A stretch of DNA of 63,645 nt, filler included, from Octopus bimaculoides (GCF_001194135.2; 9 parts of 7 records of this genome joined end to end with filler, not necessarily neighbours in it), one strand, 5' to 3'; positions 25,400 to 37,283 are shown, counted from the first letter of the whole stretch. Notes: generated from the sequence alone by a model not told the origin. Numbers and translations: made by a program.

Positions 25400-26186
25400 G
25401 GAGAAGTATTTTATGTATAGAGTCTTACAGCTGTTTCTGGGAAGATCCAGTACTTCCCTTCATCGGAGACAGAAAAAATAAAGTAATCTATTTATTATAT
25501 CCATAGGCGGATATTTTTAGTATGAAGGGATAAAGAGTGTAATGTGCTGAAAAAAGAGAGAACAATACTTGAAGTGTAGTTTCATTCCAGTGGTAAATAT
25601 CCGTGTAGAAATCCGTGCAAAGTAATCCTTGTGTGGATAATCCGGAAATTTATGTTGGAGCGAAAGTTGATATAGCATAGATACATATATTCCATATTGC
25701 GATGGATTTTTGCTTGTTTACTTGAAGAATGGCCAAGTCAAGTGAAAAGTGAGCGGTAATTATGTCAAGTCATGAAGACAGAATGTGAAAGGGGATAGAG
25801 GAGAGATAGAGGCGGAGGATGGGAGCGATATATTTATGGTCAGTTGATCTTAACAGGGTAGAGGGGATGAGCATATAGAGTGAAGGAGGAATAGGGGGAT
25901 GAGGTTAAAAGGTCTAGTGAGTAGGAAGGAATGCGTGTGTGTAGTATATAGGGGGTGGGGGTATGAGTGATAAACCAAGGACAGAGATAAAGGGAAGGGA
26001 TGGGTGGGAAAGGTAGTTAGTAGTATCATATTTTAGGATGCTGCCAAGCCTATTTATAGACGGTGGACTTGACCTAATTACCGCTCACTTTTCACTTGAC
26101 TTGGCCATTCTTCAAGTAAACAAGCAAAAATCCATCGCAATATGGAATGTATGTACCTCTGCTATCTATGCTATATCAACTTTCGC
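25400..26186 (-). mobile_element. Probable Penelope-like pseudo-LTR with hammerhead and inverted partial copy
   Basis: C/T-rich tract followed by a hammerhead on the minus strand; 25660-25771 recurs inverted at 26066-26186, running into a gap. No coding remnant seen, so the class is inferred. Confidence 0.5.
25422..25470 (-). ncRNA. Minimal type I hammerhead ribozyme (U4C core variant)
   Basis: Reverse complement reads GTCT CCGATGA A GGGAAG TACTGGAT CTTCCC A GAAAC AGCT GTA AGAC: stem I GTCT/AGAC, stem II GGGAAG/CTTCCC, palindromic stem III ACAGCTGT. Confidence 0.7.
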
Positions 26187-27257
26187 NNNNNNNNNNNNNN
26201 NNNNNNNNNNNNNNNNNNNNNNNNNNNNNNNNNNNNNNNNNNNNNNNNNNNNNNNNNNNNNNNNNNNNNNNNNNNNNNNNNNNNNNNNNNNNNNNNNNNN
26301 NNNNNNNNNNNNNNNNNNNNNNNNNNNNNNNNNNNNNNNNNNNNNNNNNNNNNNNNNNNNNNNNNNNNNNNNNNNNNNNNNNNNNNNNNNNNNNNNNNNN
26401 NNNNNNNNNNNNNNNNNNNNNNNNNNNNNNNNNNNNNNNNNNNNNNNNNNNNNNNNNNNNNNNNNNNNNNNNNNNNNNNNNNNNNNNNNNNNNNNNNNNN
26501 NNNNNNNNNNNNNNNNNNNNNNNNNNNNNNNNNNNNNNNNNNNNNNNNNNNNNNNNNNNNNNNNNNNNNNNNNNNNNNNNNNNNNNNNNNNNNNNNNNNN
26601 NNNNNNNNNNNNNNNNNNNNNNNNNNNNNNNNNNNNNNNNNNNNNNNNNNNNNNNNNNNNNNNNNNNNNNNNNNNNNNNNNNNNNNNNNNNNNNNNNNNN
26701 NNNNNNNNNNNNNNNNNNNNNNNNNNNNNNNNNNNNNNNNNNNNNNNNNNNNNNNNNNNNNNNNNNNNNNNNNNNNNNNNNNNNNNNNNNNNNNNNNNNN
26801 NNNNNNNNNNNNNNNNNNNNNNNNNNNNNNNNNNNNNNNNNNNNNNNNNNNNNNNNNNNNNNNNNNNNNNNNNNNNNNNNNNNNNNNNNNNNNNNNNNNN
26901 NNNNNNNNNNNNNNNNNNNNNNNNNNNNNNNNNNNNNNNNNNNNNNNNNNNNNNNNNNNNNNNNNNNNNNNNNNNNNNNNNNNNNNNNNNNNNNNNNNNN
27001 NNNNNNNNNNNNNNNNNNNNNNNNNNNNNNNNNNNNNNNNNNNNNNNNNNNNNNNNNNNNNNNNNNNNNNNNNNNNNNNNTAAGATCCCCCAAAACAGCA
27101 CTTAACAGCAACTCTTGGTAGTCCAAATCGTATGTGCAATCTATGTGGGTGTCTTTTTAAAATATTGCGTGGTTTAAAAATCCACATCAGATGCCATGAT
27201 GGTTGCAAGGTGTAGGTATAGAACATGGTCAAACTCCGCATAAGGAGTAGGCAACCA

Positions 27258-27327
<70 letters not shown>

Positions 27328-27328
<1 letters not shown>

Positions 27329-28500
27329 GTTTAGGGAGGCATTTGATAGTGGACTCCAAAATCTTGCTGAAGAAACAGTTCAATATTGAAGTCCATGACA
27401 AGTTGCTGCAGTGGATAAGGTGTTTCCTGACGAACAGAACCCAATATGTTGTATTTCAGGGAAACCGATCCAGCTCAGCGAAAGTCAATAATGATGTCCC
27501 ACAAGGTACTGTGCTGGGCCCACGACTCTTCATTGTCTACATCAATAACATAGTAGACGCTATCAAACATTCTACATTGAAAATCTTTGCAGATAATTTC
27601 CAAACTCCAGAAAGCCATAAATGGTGTCGGAGACCAAACATGCCTTCAGTGGGATCTGTTTGCTGCGAAAAAAAACACAATATGCTTCTAAATGAAGATC
27701 TTTTTCAAAATTTGATCCACTTTGGAAAAGAGGATACTCTAAAACTAACATACGCTCTTTCCTCGGGTGACTTCCTAGTGTCATCCAAAAACATCCGAAA
27801 CACTGGCGTAATGGTTGATAACAATCTAAGATGGAGTTCCCATGTAAACAGCAGGATTGACTTGACTCACAAGATGTGCTCCTGGATTCTGAGAACTTTC
27901 CGTCTAGAGTTGTCCGCACCATCATTCTCATCTACTCTACTTTTGTCCGATCACACCACGAATCCTGTTACCCACTGTGGTCTCCCTATACGAAGCAATT
28001 CATTATGAAAGTAAAAGCACTCCAGAGGTCAGTAACAAGAAAACTAGACGGCATGAGAAGAATTGACTATTGGGGTGGACTGAAAAATCTCAATCTCTAC
28101 TCACTCCAACGCAGCCGGGAGCGCTATATTATTTGTGTGATGTAGAAAATATTCCATCAATATTGCACAGATAATGTTGGCATCAATTTTAAAATCCATC
28201 CAAGACTTAGCACCCGTGCTATCCGCCTGCTACAAATATCGAACTCGGTACACATAGCAACATTACGTCACAATTACTTTACCTCAACCGGTATAGCTCT
28301 CTTTAATACTATAGCATAATACGTCAAAACGGAAACGGATCCCATAAAATTCGATAGTTCACAGGACAAACATCTTCAAAAAATCCCGGAGTAACCTCCT
28401 ACACCCGGAAATGTCTCCAACAACAATAAATCTTCGCTAGAATGGGCTATGGTGCCGCATACATAACTGAAAGATTTCACTAAGTGGTTCTAATAAGTTA
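27328..28500 (+). mobile_element. CR1/L2-group non-LTR retrotransposon, RT and C-terminal relic
   Basis: LLQWIRCFLTNRTQYV...VPQGTVLGPRLFIVYINNI...LKIFADN; RNTGVMVDNNLRWSSHVN; LWSPY...LQRSVTR; LYSLQRSRERY. Several frameshifts. Confidence 0.9.
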
Positions 28501-28852
28501 GTCATAGCCTTATCCTATACTGGGCGAAACCTATTCCAGTTATCAAATTTACACACACACNNNNNNNNNNNNNNNNNNNNNNNNNNNNNNNNNNNNNNNN
28601 NNNNNNNNNNNNNNNNNNNNNNNNNNNNNNNNNNNNNNNNNNNNNNNNNNNNNNNNNNNNNNNNNNNNNNNNNNNNNNNNNNNNNNNNNNNNNNNNNNNN
28701 NNNNNNNNNNNNNNNNNNNNNNNNNNNNNNNNNNNNNNNNNNNCACACACACACACACATACACACACATACACACACACACAGACACATGTATATATAT
28801 ATATATGTGTGTGTTGCACGGAATTTTAGACGCGATTCTATCTTTCTGTCTG

Positions 28853-28902
<50 letters not shown>

Positions 28903-29570
28903 CTTGCCTATCTCCTCCTCTCGTTCTGTTTCCTTCTGTTGTCCTTGCTTCTCCCCTTCACTGCTATACATATATCTCTCTCTTACTCTTCCCCCTGTCT
29001 CTCGTCACTCACCTTTGTTCCACTTCCTCCCTTTTCCTCTCTCTACCACCTCTCGTTGATCATATGTGACCTGTGGTCACCTCTTCCTTTTTCCCTTCAG
29101 CCATCATAAAGACAAGACGAAACTACTGTCTCTCTCCGTTCAGCTTCGTCACATCACAGAGTTCAGTATCTCATCGCGTTCGGCCCTACGGCCTTTTATT
29201 TTCTTTTCACTGTTTAATTTTTCTTGTCTTGGTTTGCACCTTGGAATTCTCCGTTTAGCAGGTATATCCACTAAGCGGGAAGAGCTATTCTAAGAGCGCG
29301 TTCTGCATCATCTTCGAAACGCCTAGTTTAGAATAGAGGCAGCTGATGAAGGAAACGTTCCATAAGTAGCTCGTCTGTTTTCCTATGTGATCATTCTGTT
29401 GTCTGTAAAAAGGCTGTTTCTGTGCTTTATGTTCCAGTTTTCTGACATCCTCTACCCGGATATGCATCTATATATACATGTAGATGTAGGTATGTACATA
29501 TATGTATGTATACATACATATGCTCATACATCATTTGTATTATTATATTATTGAACGCCACACGTCCATT

Positions 29571-29670
29571 NNNNNNNNNNNNNNNNNNNNNNNNNNNNNN
29601 NNNNNNNNNNNNNNTTAATTAATTAANNNNNNNNNNNNNNNNNNNNNNNNNNNNNNNNNNNNNNNNNNNN
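29571..29670. other. Artificial scaffold spacer
   Basis: Linker at 29615-29626 flanked by 44 N on each side. Confidence 0.97.
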
Positions 29671-29728
<58 letters not shown>

Positions 29729-30644
29729 GTATGTATGTATGTATGTATATTTCTATATTTGTATATATGTATATATCTATATATAGGCTTGAATGAATAT
29801 ATGTTTGTATTTATTTATTTATTTATGTGTGTGTGCGTATGTGTGGTGTATATATGTGTACTTGTGTGTGTTTATATTAACATCTACATCTGCTAAAGAA
29901 AGCCAGCCAAAGACAAAACTAAAAACAGGACTTCTTGAAAGGATACAAGAAACAAACTCTGTGCCCAGACCCCTAAACGCTACACAATACTTTCCACTGT
30001 CGTCTGCAATAAAACTTTCAACTAACAATCTACAAACTTATGATTTTTTCTCAATAACTGAATATTAACTACTTGAAAAACCTCGCACATCATTTATCAT
30101 AGATAATGGCAAATAAATAGCATTGTTCTGCTTGGTTGATTTTAATGAAGTTATGGAGTGTATCAATATCAGAATCTCTAATCCATCATAGATATGTGTG
30201 TGTCAAATATTTTTTGTTACGTTTTTTTTTATTATATTATAGTTCTTTTTGTGTTGCCTTTGTTGTTTTTTCAGATTGTTTTTTTTTTCCAATCTGTTTT
30301 TGTTTATCCATTTTTGTCTTTTTTTATTCTTCTATGTTTTGATTTTGGTTTTCTATTATTCTTATTTTCGTAAAGTTTGGTGTGGTGGGCTGTTATAGTT
30401 TGGCATTGAAGTTTCAAACGTTTGTTTGCTTCTGTTCTATATATATATATATATATATATATNNNNNNNNNNNNNNNNNNNNNNNNNNNNNNNNNNNNNN
30501 NNNNNNNNNNNNNNNNNNNNNNNNNNNNNNNNNNNNNNNNNNNNNNNNNNNNNNNNNNNNNNNNNNNNNNNNNNNNNNNNNNNNNNNNNNNNNNNNNNNN
30601 NNNNNNNNNNNNNNNNNNNNNNNNNNNNNNNNNNNNNNNNNNNN

Positions 30645-30671
<27 letters not shown>

Positions 30672-30675
<4 letters not shown>

Positions 30676-31660
30676 CAGTGCATCCCGGCGTTGCCCGGGT
30701 GTTATGACCTACAGCCACATTGTATTATTTGTTTCTTTACTTTGGTTGCGTGGAAAGACGTTCGCTTCCCAGCCACATGGCTCCGGGTTCAGTTCCATTA
30801 CGCGAGCCTGAATCGGGACACGAGGAGTTGGAAACAACTCTTCTTTATAAACATGTTTTTCGGTCATTTTGTGATGAACAATGCTGAAATTGTTGACACC
30901 AAAAACATATAGAATGGCAGCTTAGATTAGAAGGAAATCACACTATTGTCCCCAGAATTATTTAGACTTACGGATTAAAAGAATTGGATGACGTATGTGG
31001 ACGTAGAAGAATCCGTATTACAGAAAGTAAGGTACATGGAAAGAAAGCTGCTTCATTGTGAAATTCATCATCTCTAATGTTTGGTCAATGCTTCTGGGTA
31101 AACTGTTTTGCTTAACCCTAGAAAGCATGTGCCATATAGTTGTCCATGAGAAAAGCAGGGTATTTGTAAATTGAGGTCCGCAATTGTTAATGTTTGAACT
31201 TGGACATTGTTGATTGCCATAGCGAAACACAATCGCACTGGGAGCGGAGGCGCTTGAATTAAAAGGACTCATTTGAGGGAAAAAGGGGCAAGCGTAGAAT
31301 TTATGCGATCTCTTCTCGATGACAGCCGGCAGTAATGGTTGCTTGTTGGGGGGGGGGTGACACATGAATTGTTGTTGTAGTAATAGTGAATCTTGTAGCA
31401 TTGTATAGTTTTGATGGGTCGAAATTCCTCTAGAGCATGATACGTGCGCCTTTCTTTAGGTATAACTTATGCAGTGGCAGTCCTGTGGGTTGTAGAGAGT
31501 TGAGAAATAAAACTGGATACCCAACAGAGAGATAGTGAGTGAGTGAAGGTGTGTGTCGTGATGCTGGAGGTAGAGTTCGGCGCTATTATTGAAGAAAAAT
31601 ATTATTGACATTGACTTCGAAGTTTCGATCTCGTAAACCACCGTATCTGCTAGTATGCAA
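30672..31660 (-). mobile_element. Helitron 3' portion: degraded Pif1 helicase C-terminus plus canonical terminus
   Basis: Minus-strand frames give YPVLFLNSLQPTGLPLHKLYLKKGARIML*RNFDP...FKRL/PVRLCFAMAINNVQVQTL...PCFSHGQLY...VYPEAL. Terminal hairpin CCCGG-GCAACG-CCGGG (30684-30699) is followed by CTAG|T at 30672. Confidence 0.9.
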
Positions 31661-31767
31661 ACACATACACCGGTACACACAGACGTCTAGATAGATATAT
31701 AGATAGATAGACAGATGGATACATGCATACATACATACATAGACTGACAGATACATACATACATACA

Positions 31768-33054
31768 TATGACTTTGAGACTCAGTCTCAACTCATGGCT
31801 CGCCACTTTAGCCTGCGTGGATATCCACCCACCACCATCCACACCGCCCTTGCCAGAGCACGTTCTGTGGACCGTGCATCTGCTCTCTCCCCCCGAACCC
31901 GCCCTACCGTTTCCCGCCTCCCTTTTCCCCTCACCNNNNNNNNNNNNNNNNNNNNNNNNNNNNNNNNNNNNNNNNNNNNNNNNNNNNNNNNNNNNNNNNN
32001 NNNNNNNNNNNNNNNNNNNNNNNNNNNNNNNNNNNNNNNNNNNNNNNNNNNNNNNNNNNNNNNNNNNNNNNNNNNNNNNNNNNNNNNNNNNNNNNNNNNN
32101 NNNNNNNNNNNNNNNNNNNNNNNNNNNNNNNNNNNNNNNNNNNNNNNNNNNNNNNNNNNNNNNNNNNNNNNNNNNNNNNNNNNNNNNNNNNNNNNNNNNN
32201 NNNNNNNNNNNNNNNNNNNNNNNNNNNNNNNNNNNNNNNNNNNNNNNNNNNNNNNNNNNNNNNNNNNNNNNNNNNNNNNNNNNNNNNNNNNNNNNNNNNN
32301 NNNNNNNNNNNNNNNNNCACCAGCACCCTTCACCTCCACTTCTACCAACATCATCTATTGTATCTCCTGCTCTCTCTGCCATTCTCTGTACATCGGACAA
32401 ACGGGGCGCCGCCTGGCCGACCGATTCTCGGAACACCTCCGAGACATCAACGTTGGCAATGACACCCCGGTGTCACGCCACTTCCGTTCTGCCGGCCAGT
32501 CCTTGCAGCAACACCTGTCCGTGTTTGGATTGTCCATGCACAGGGGCTATCCGGGCACCCGTTTGCGCCGTGAACAGGGATTAATCTTCTCTCTTTGCTC
32601 CTTTGCTCCACATGTGCTCAACTCCCCTCCACTCTTCATCTAACCCCCTCCTCCTGCCTCTCTCTCCACCACCCTCCCTCCTACCACCCCTACTCTTTCT
32701 CTTCTCTCTCTTACTCTCTCGCTCTCTTCTCTCGTACTCCTCCCTCTCTCTCTCTTACTCTCTACACTCTTACTCTCTCACCTTTTCTCTCTCACTCTCA
32801 CTCTCTTCTCTCATTCCCTCTCTCTCACTCTTACTCTCTACACTCTTACTCTCTACACTCTTACTCTCTTACTCTCTCACCCTTACTCACTCACTCTCTT
32901 CTCTCTTTCCCTCTCTCTCACTCTCTTCTCTCTCACTCTCTTTCTCTTCCTCTTTTTCTCCCCCCATACCCACCTTCCCCTCTCTCACATCCACCTTCCC
33001 TCTCTTATACCCACACTCTCTTCTCTCTTCCTCTTTCTCTCCCCTCCCATACCC
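31768..33054 (+). mobile_element. Penelope-like element (RT C-terminus, GIY-YIG endonuclease, C/T-rich 3' region)
   Basis: DFETQSQLMARHFSLRGYP...LPFPLT, gap, then NIIYCISCSLCHSLYIGQTGRRLADRFSEH...VSRHF...EQGLIFSL, stop at 32643. The GIY-YIG frame visible after the gap is open. Confidence 0.9.
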
Positions 33055-33154
33055 NNNNNNNNNNNNNNNNNNNNNNNNNNNNNNNNNNNNNNNNNNNNTT
33101 AATTAATTAANNNNNNNNNNNNNNNNNNNNNNNNNNNNNNNNNNNNNNNNNNNN
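33055..33154. other. Artificial scaffold spacer
   Basis: Linker at 33099-33110 flanked by 44 N on each side. Confidence 0.97.
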
Positions 33155-33399
33155 ATCATCACACCACTACACCATACACCACCATACCACACAACACATC
33201 ACATCACAACACACCACCACGAACACACCAGCACTGACCACTTCCCAGCCCCACATTTTCACACCTACACATACGCACATACACGCACCCGTCAAGATCA
33301 CCAGCCCTCTTCCACACGCACATACGAACTCTCTTATACATACGCACGTGCACCTTCCAGACCGGATTCCAAAAGCAGCAGGAACGCTGGGGCCGATGC

Positions 33400-34378
33400 C
33401 TTGCTGCGCAAGGTGACTATTTCGAAGAAGACGATGTTAAAACTTAGGCAAATACGTTATTTTTATGAGACATAACTAGTCCGAGAACCTTTTGATGCCA
33501 TCTGGTGTGGAGTGGGTTTCTTCTACAGACCAGTTAAGTATCCGGAATGTTGGAATCAGCACTGGTACTGCAAATGCATTGTGGGATATTGTTTTGTTGC
33601 AAGAGGAGAGTTCAGACTGCCATATTTTTTTTAGACTGATATAATATACCTGGGTCGCTCAATCTTTATTCACAGTTTTTACGTATATGTTTTCATAAAT
33701 GCATAAGTATTTGCAGCAGTTTTTGTGTGAAAGAGAAATAGTGAGACCATTGATGCACAGGTTTGGGGTTTAGGTGACTGATATATCCCATTCAACAATC
33801 AAATATGAACATTTCTTTTGGCCAAATTCCTTTCCTAAGTCAGCTGAAAATGTTATCAATATAACATTTTCAGCTGTTCTTTTGGCATTGTTAACATTTT
33901 TAGCATAAATCTTGAAGTCATCCACAAAGGAAACGTTAGCACGCCGGGCGAAATTCTTAGTGGTATTTCGTTTGTCTTTATGTTCTGAGTTCAAATTCCA
34001 CCGAGGTCCACTTTGCCTTTCATCCTTTCGGGGTTAATATATTAAGTACCAATTGCGAACTGGGATCGAACTAATCGACTGGCCCCCTCCCTCAAAATTT
34101 CAGGCCTTGTACCTAGAGTAGAAAAAAAAATTAATATCTCTTGCAGTTGCAGATTCTAGCATGGAGCCATTTGATTTTTCCAGCAGGAATGATAATGGAT
34201 TTAATGCTAAAATGAAAAGAATTACAGAAAGACTACCTCCTTGGAATATTCCCTTTGAAATATTTATGGCATTGGAGACGATTGTTCTGCTCTCAGTTGA
34301 AAATGTTAGAACTGTTGCCCAGCTCTTTATGAACCTCTCAATGGCAGCAATTAAGATAGCAGACATTTTTGCCAAATG
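33400..34378 (-). mobile_element. R4/Dong-clade (RLE) non-LTR retrotransposon RT relic with nested SINE
   Basis: KGIFQGGSLSVILFILALNPLSFLL...IN [SINE] FVDDFKIYA...KYL...KIWQSELSSCNKTISHNAFAVPVLIPTFRILNWS. Confidence 0.85.
33929..34130 (+). mobile_element. SINE family B (tail type 1) inserted in R4/Dong relic
   Basis: Core and tail match; slightly 5'-truncated. Confidence 0.92.
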
Positions 34379-34427
34379 TATGTATGTATGTATGTATGCA
34401 TCATGTATGTTTGTGTGCATTTATGTG

Positions 34428-34661
34428 TTATTTCTTTACTACCCACAAGGGGCTACACACAGAGGGGACAAACAAAGACAGACAAACGGATTAAGTCGAT
34501 TATATCGACCCCAGTGCGTAACTGGTACTTATTTAATCGACCCCGAAAGGATGAAAGGCAAAGTCGACCTCGGCGGAATTTGAACTCAGAACGTAGCGGC
34601 AGACGAAATACCGCTAAGCATTTCGCCCGGTGTGCTAACGTTTCTGCCAGCTCGCCGCCTT
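34428..34661 (-). mobile_element. SINE family B (tail type 2), full length
   Basis: AAGGCGGCGAGCTGGCAGAAACG head; tail CCCCTTGTGGGTAGTAAAGAAAT. Confidence 0.93.
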
Positions 34662-34839
34662 AATGTGTGTGTATGTATGTATGTATGTATGTATGTATGT
34701 ATGTATGTATGCATGTATGCATGTATGTATGTGTGTATGTATGTATGTATGTATGTGTATAAGTATGTATGTTTGTGTGTATTTATGTGTGTGTACGTAT
34801 GTATGTATGTATATATGTATGTATGTATGTATGTATGGG

Positions 34840-35075
34840 AACACCAACATAGGTTGTTAAGCGATGGTGGTGGGGGGACAAACACAGACACACAAACATG
34901 AACATATATACAACGGACTTCTTTCAGTTTCCGTCTACCAAACCCTGTCACAAAGTTTTGGTCGGCCCGCGACTATAGTAGAAGACACTTGCCCAAGGTG
35001 TCACGCAGTGTGACCGAACCCGGAACCACGAGGTTGGGAAGCAAGCTTCTTAACACACAGCCACGCCTGCGCGCC

Positions 35076-35076
<1 letters not shown>
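34840..35076 (-). mobile_element. SINE family A 5' two-thirds
   Basis: Head plus internal microsatellite match. Confidence 0.88.
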
Positions 35077-35123
<47 letters not shown>

Positions 35124-35762
35124 NNNNNNNNNNNNNNNNNNNNNNNNNNNNNNNNNNNNNNNNNNNNNNNNNNNNNNNNNNNNNNNNNNNNNNNNNNNNN
35201 NNNNNNNNNNNNNNNNNNNNNNNNNNNNNNNNNNNNNNNNNNNNNNNNNNNNNNNNNNNNNNNNNNNNNNNNNNNNNNNNNNNNNNNNNNNNNNNNNNNN
35301 NNNNNNNNNNNNNNNNNNNNNNNNNNNNNNNNNNNNNNNNNNNNNNNNNNNNNNNNNNNNNNNNNNNNNNNNNNNNNNNNNNNNNNNNNNNNNNNNNNNN
35401 NNNNNNNNNNNNNNNNNNNNNNNNNNNNNNNNNNNNNNNNNNNNNNNNNNNNNNNNNNNNNNNNNNNNNNNNNNNNNNNNNNNNNNNNNNNNNNNNNNNN
35501 NNNNNNNNNNNNNNNNNNNNNNNNNNNNNNNNNNNNNNNNNNNNNNNNNNNNNNNNNNNNNNNNNNNNNNNNNNNNNNNNNNNNNNNNNNNNNNNNNNNN
35601 NNNNNNNNNNNNNNNNNNNNNNNNNNNNNNNNNNNNNNNNNNNNNNNNNAATTTCTAAGATATCATCAAATGAGTTTTAAATCTCATACTAAGATAGATT
35701 TTCTCGATTTCAGCTAATTAGAATAAATATTTCCTTTCTAAAATATTCTGTTAATGAAATAC

Positions 35763-36197
35763 ATTCTTTTCTACTCTAGGCACAAGGCCGAAATTTTGGA
35801 GGACGGCACAGTCGGTTAGATCGACCCCAGTACGCAACTGGTACTTAATTTATCGACCCCGAAAGGATGAAAGGTAAAGTCGACCTCGGCGGAATTTGAA
35901 CTCAGAACATAAAGAAAGACAGACGAAATACCTCTAAGCATTTCGCCCGGCGTGCTAATGTTCCTTATTTCTTTATTGCCCACAAGGGGCTAAACATAGA
36001 GGGGACAAACAAGGACAGACAAAGAGATTAAATCGATAACATCGACCCCAGTGCGTAACTGGTACTTAATTTACCGACCCCGAAAGGATGAAAGGCAAAG
36101 TTGACCTAGGCGGAATTTGAACTCAGAACGTAGCGGCAGACGAAATCCCGCTAAGCATTTGGCCCGGCGTGCTAACGTTTCTGCCAGCTCACCGCCT
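35763..36197 (-). mobile_element. Tandem pair of family B SINEs (tail type 2 copy joined to tail type 1 copy)
   Basis: 35963-36197 is a full type 2 copy; 35763-35962 is a type 1 copy lacking about 15 nt of head. Confidence 0.92.
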
Positions 36198-36307
36198 CAT
36201 TGATAAAATATATTAATAACTGGCTGTCATATTAGCGTGCGAGGTACCTGGATATTTACACTTTTGTGTGCGATCTACCAGGCCGTTTTACACCTTAGCG
36301 GGAAGTC

Positions 36308-36695
36308 TAACCCTAACTCTAACCCTAGTCCTAAACCCTAACTCTAACCCTAACCTGAATCTTATATTTAACCTTAGTCCTAAACTCTAACCCTAATCGT
36401 AAACTCTAGCCCTAGTCCTAAACCCTAACCCTATATCTAGTCCTAAATCCTAATTCTAACCCTATATCTAACGCTAATCTTAAACACTAACTCCTATTCT
36501 ATGACTAACCTTAGTTTTAAACCCTACCCCTAACCGTAACTCTATATCTAACTCTAAGTCCTACACTCTAAACCTAATCCTAACCCTAACTCTAACCCTA
36601 GTCTTAAGCCCTAACCCCAACTCTAACCTTAAACCCTAGCCTAATCTAACCCTAACCTCACTCTTACCCTAACCTAAACCTAACCCTAACCCTAT
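36308..36695. repeat. Degenerate interstitial telomere-like (CCCTAA)n array
   Basis: CTAACCCTAA, CTCTAA and CCTAGTCCTAAA variants over about 390 bp. Confidence 0.9.
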
Positions 36696-37283
36696 TGCCT
36701 AATCCAGATCAGGCTATCACATCGAGGACTACGGATACTGCGGTAAACCGCACGCTAAGTAGCTCAAGTAGCTGAATATGTAATTGATAATGTAAATTCA
36801 ACGACGAATTATCGACAATCCTTCATATCTCAACTACTGAAATTTTTTCGTTGATAACGTTCCCAAGATACAGTGTTGATCTTCCGATATTTAGAATTAT
36901 TGAAAATATGACATAGAATGGACATCAACATCTTTACTAATCATATTTCATTCCAATTTAAATGTTGAAGATAAGATTGTCAACTGGAGATGTTTACATC
37001 TCAAATGTCGAAAGCATCTAACAGAAATCTGCTATCTTCGTCTTGTTATTGTTGTTGTTGTTGTTGTTGTCATTCATTTAATCTTTTAACTACTTATTAA
37101 CAGTGGAAGCAGTATTGGTACTGAAAAGCAATGCGTATATCTAACTTAACGTGATTATACCAATACAAAGCCACAACACTGCGGTATTCGTCTAGAGCAG
37201 TGATTCTCCACCGGTGTCCACACGACCGTTAGGCATCCATATAAGATTTCTTCTTAAAATTCATCTGGTTATACTTCTACAAT

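Noticed and set aside
29285-29400. CTGATGA plus nearby GAAAC after a C/T-rich tract, hammerhead-like
   Set aside because: The motifs cannot be assembled into a valid type I, II or III fold; at most a decayed pLTR.
36308-36695. CRISPR array or true chromosome end
   Set aside because: No repeat-spacer structure is seen in the window; the telomere-like array is degenerate, internal and flanked by ordinary sequence on both sides.
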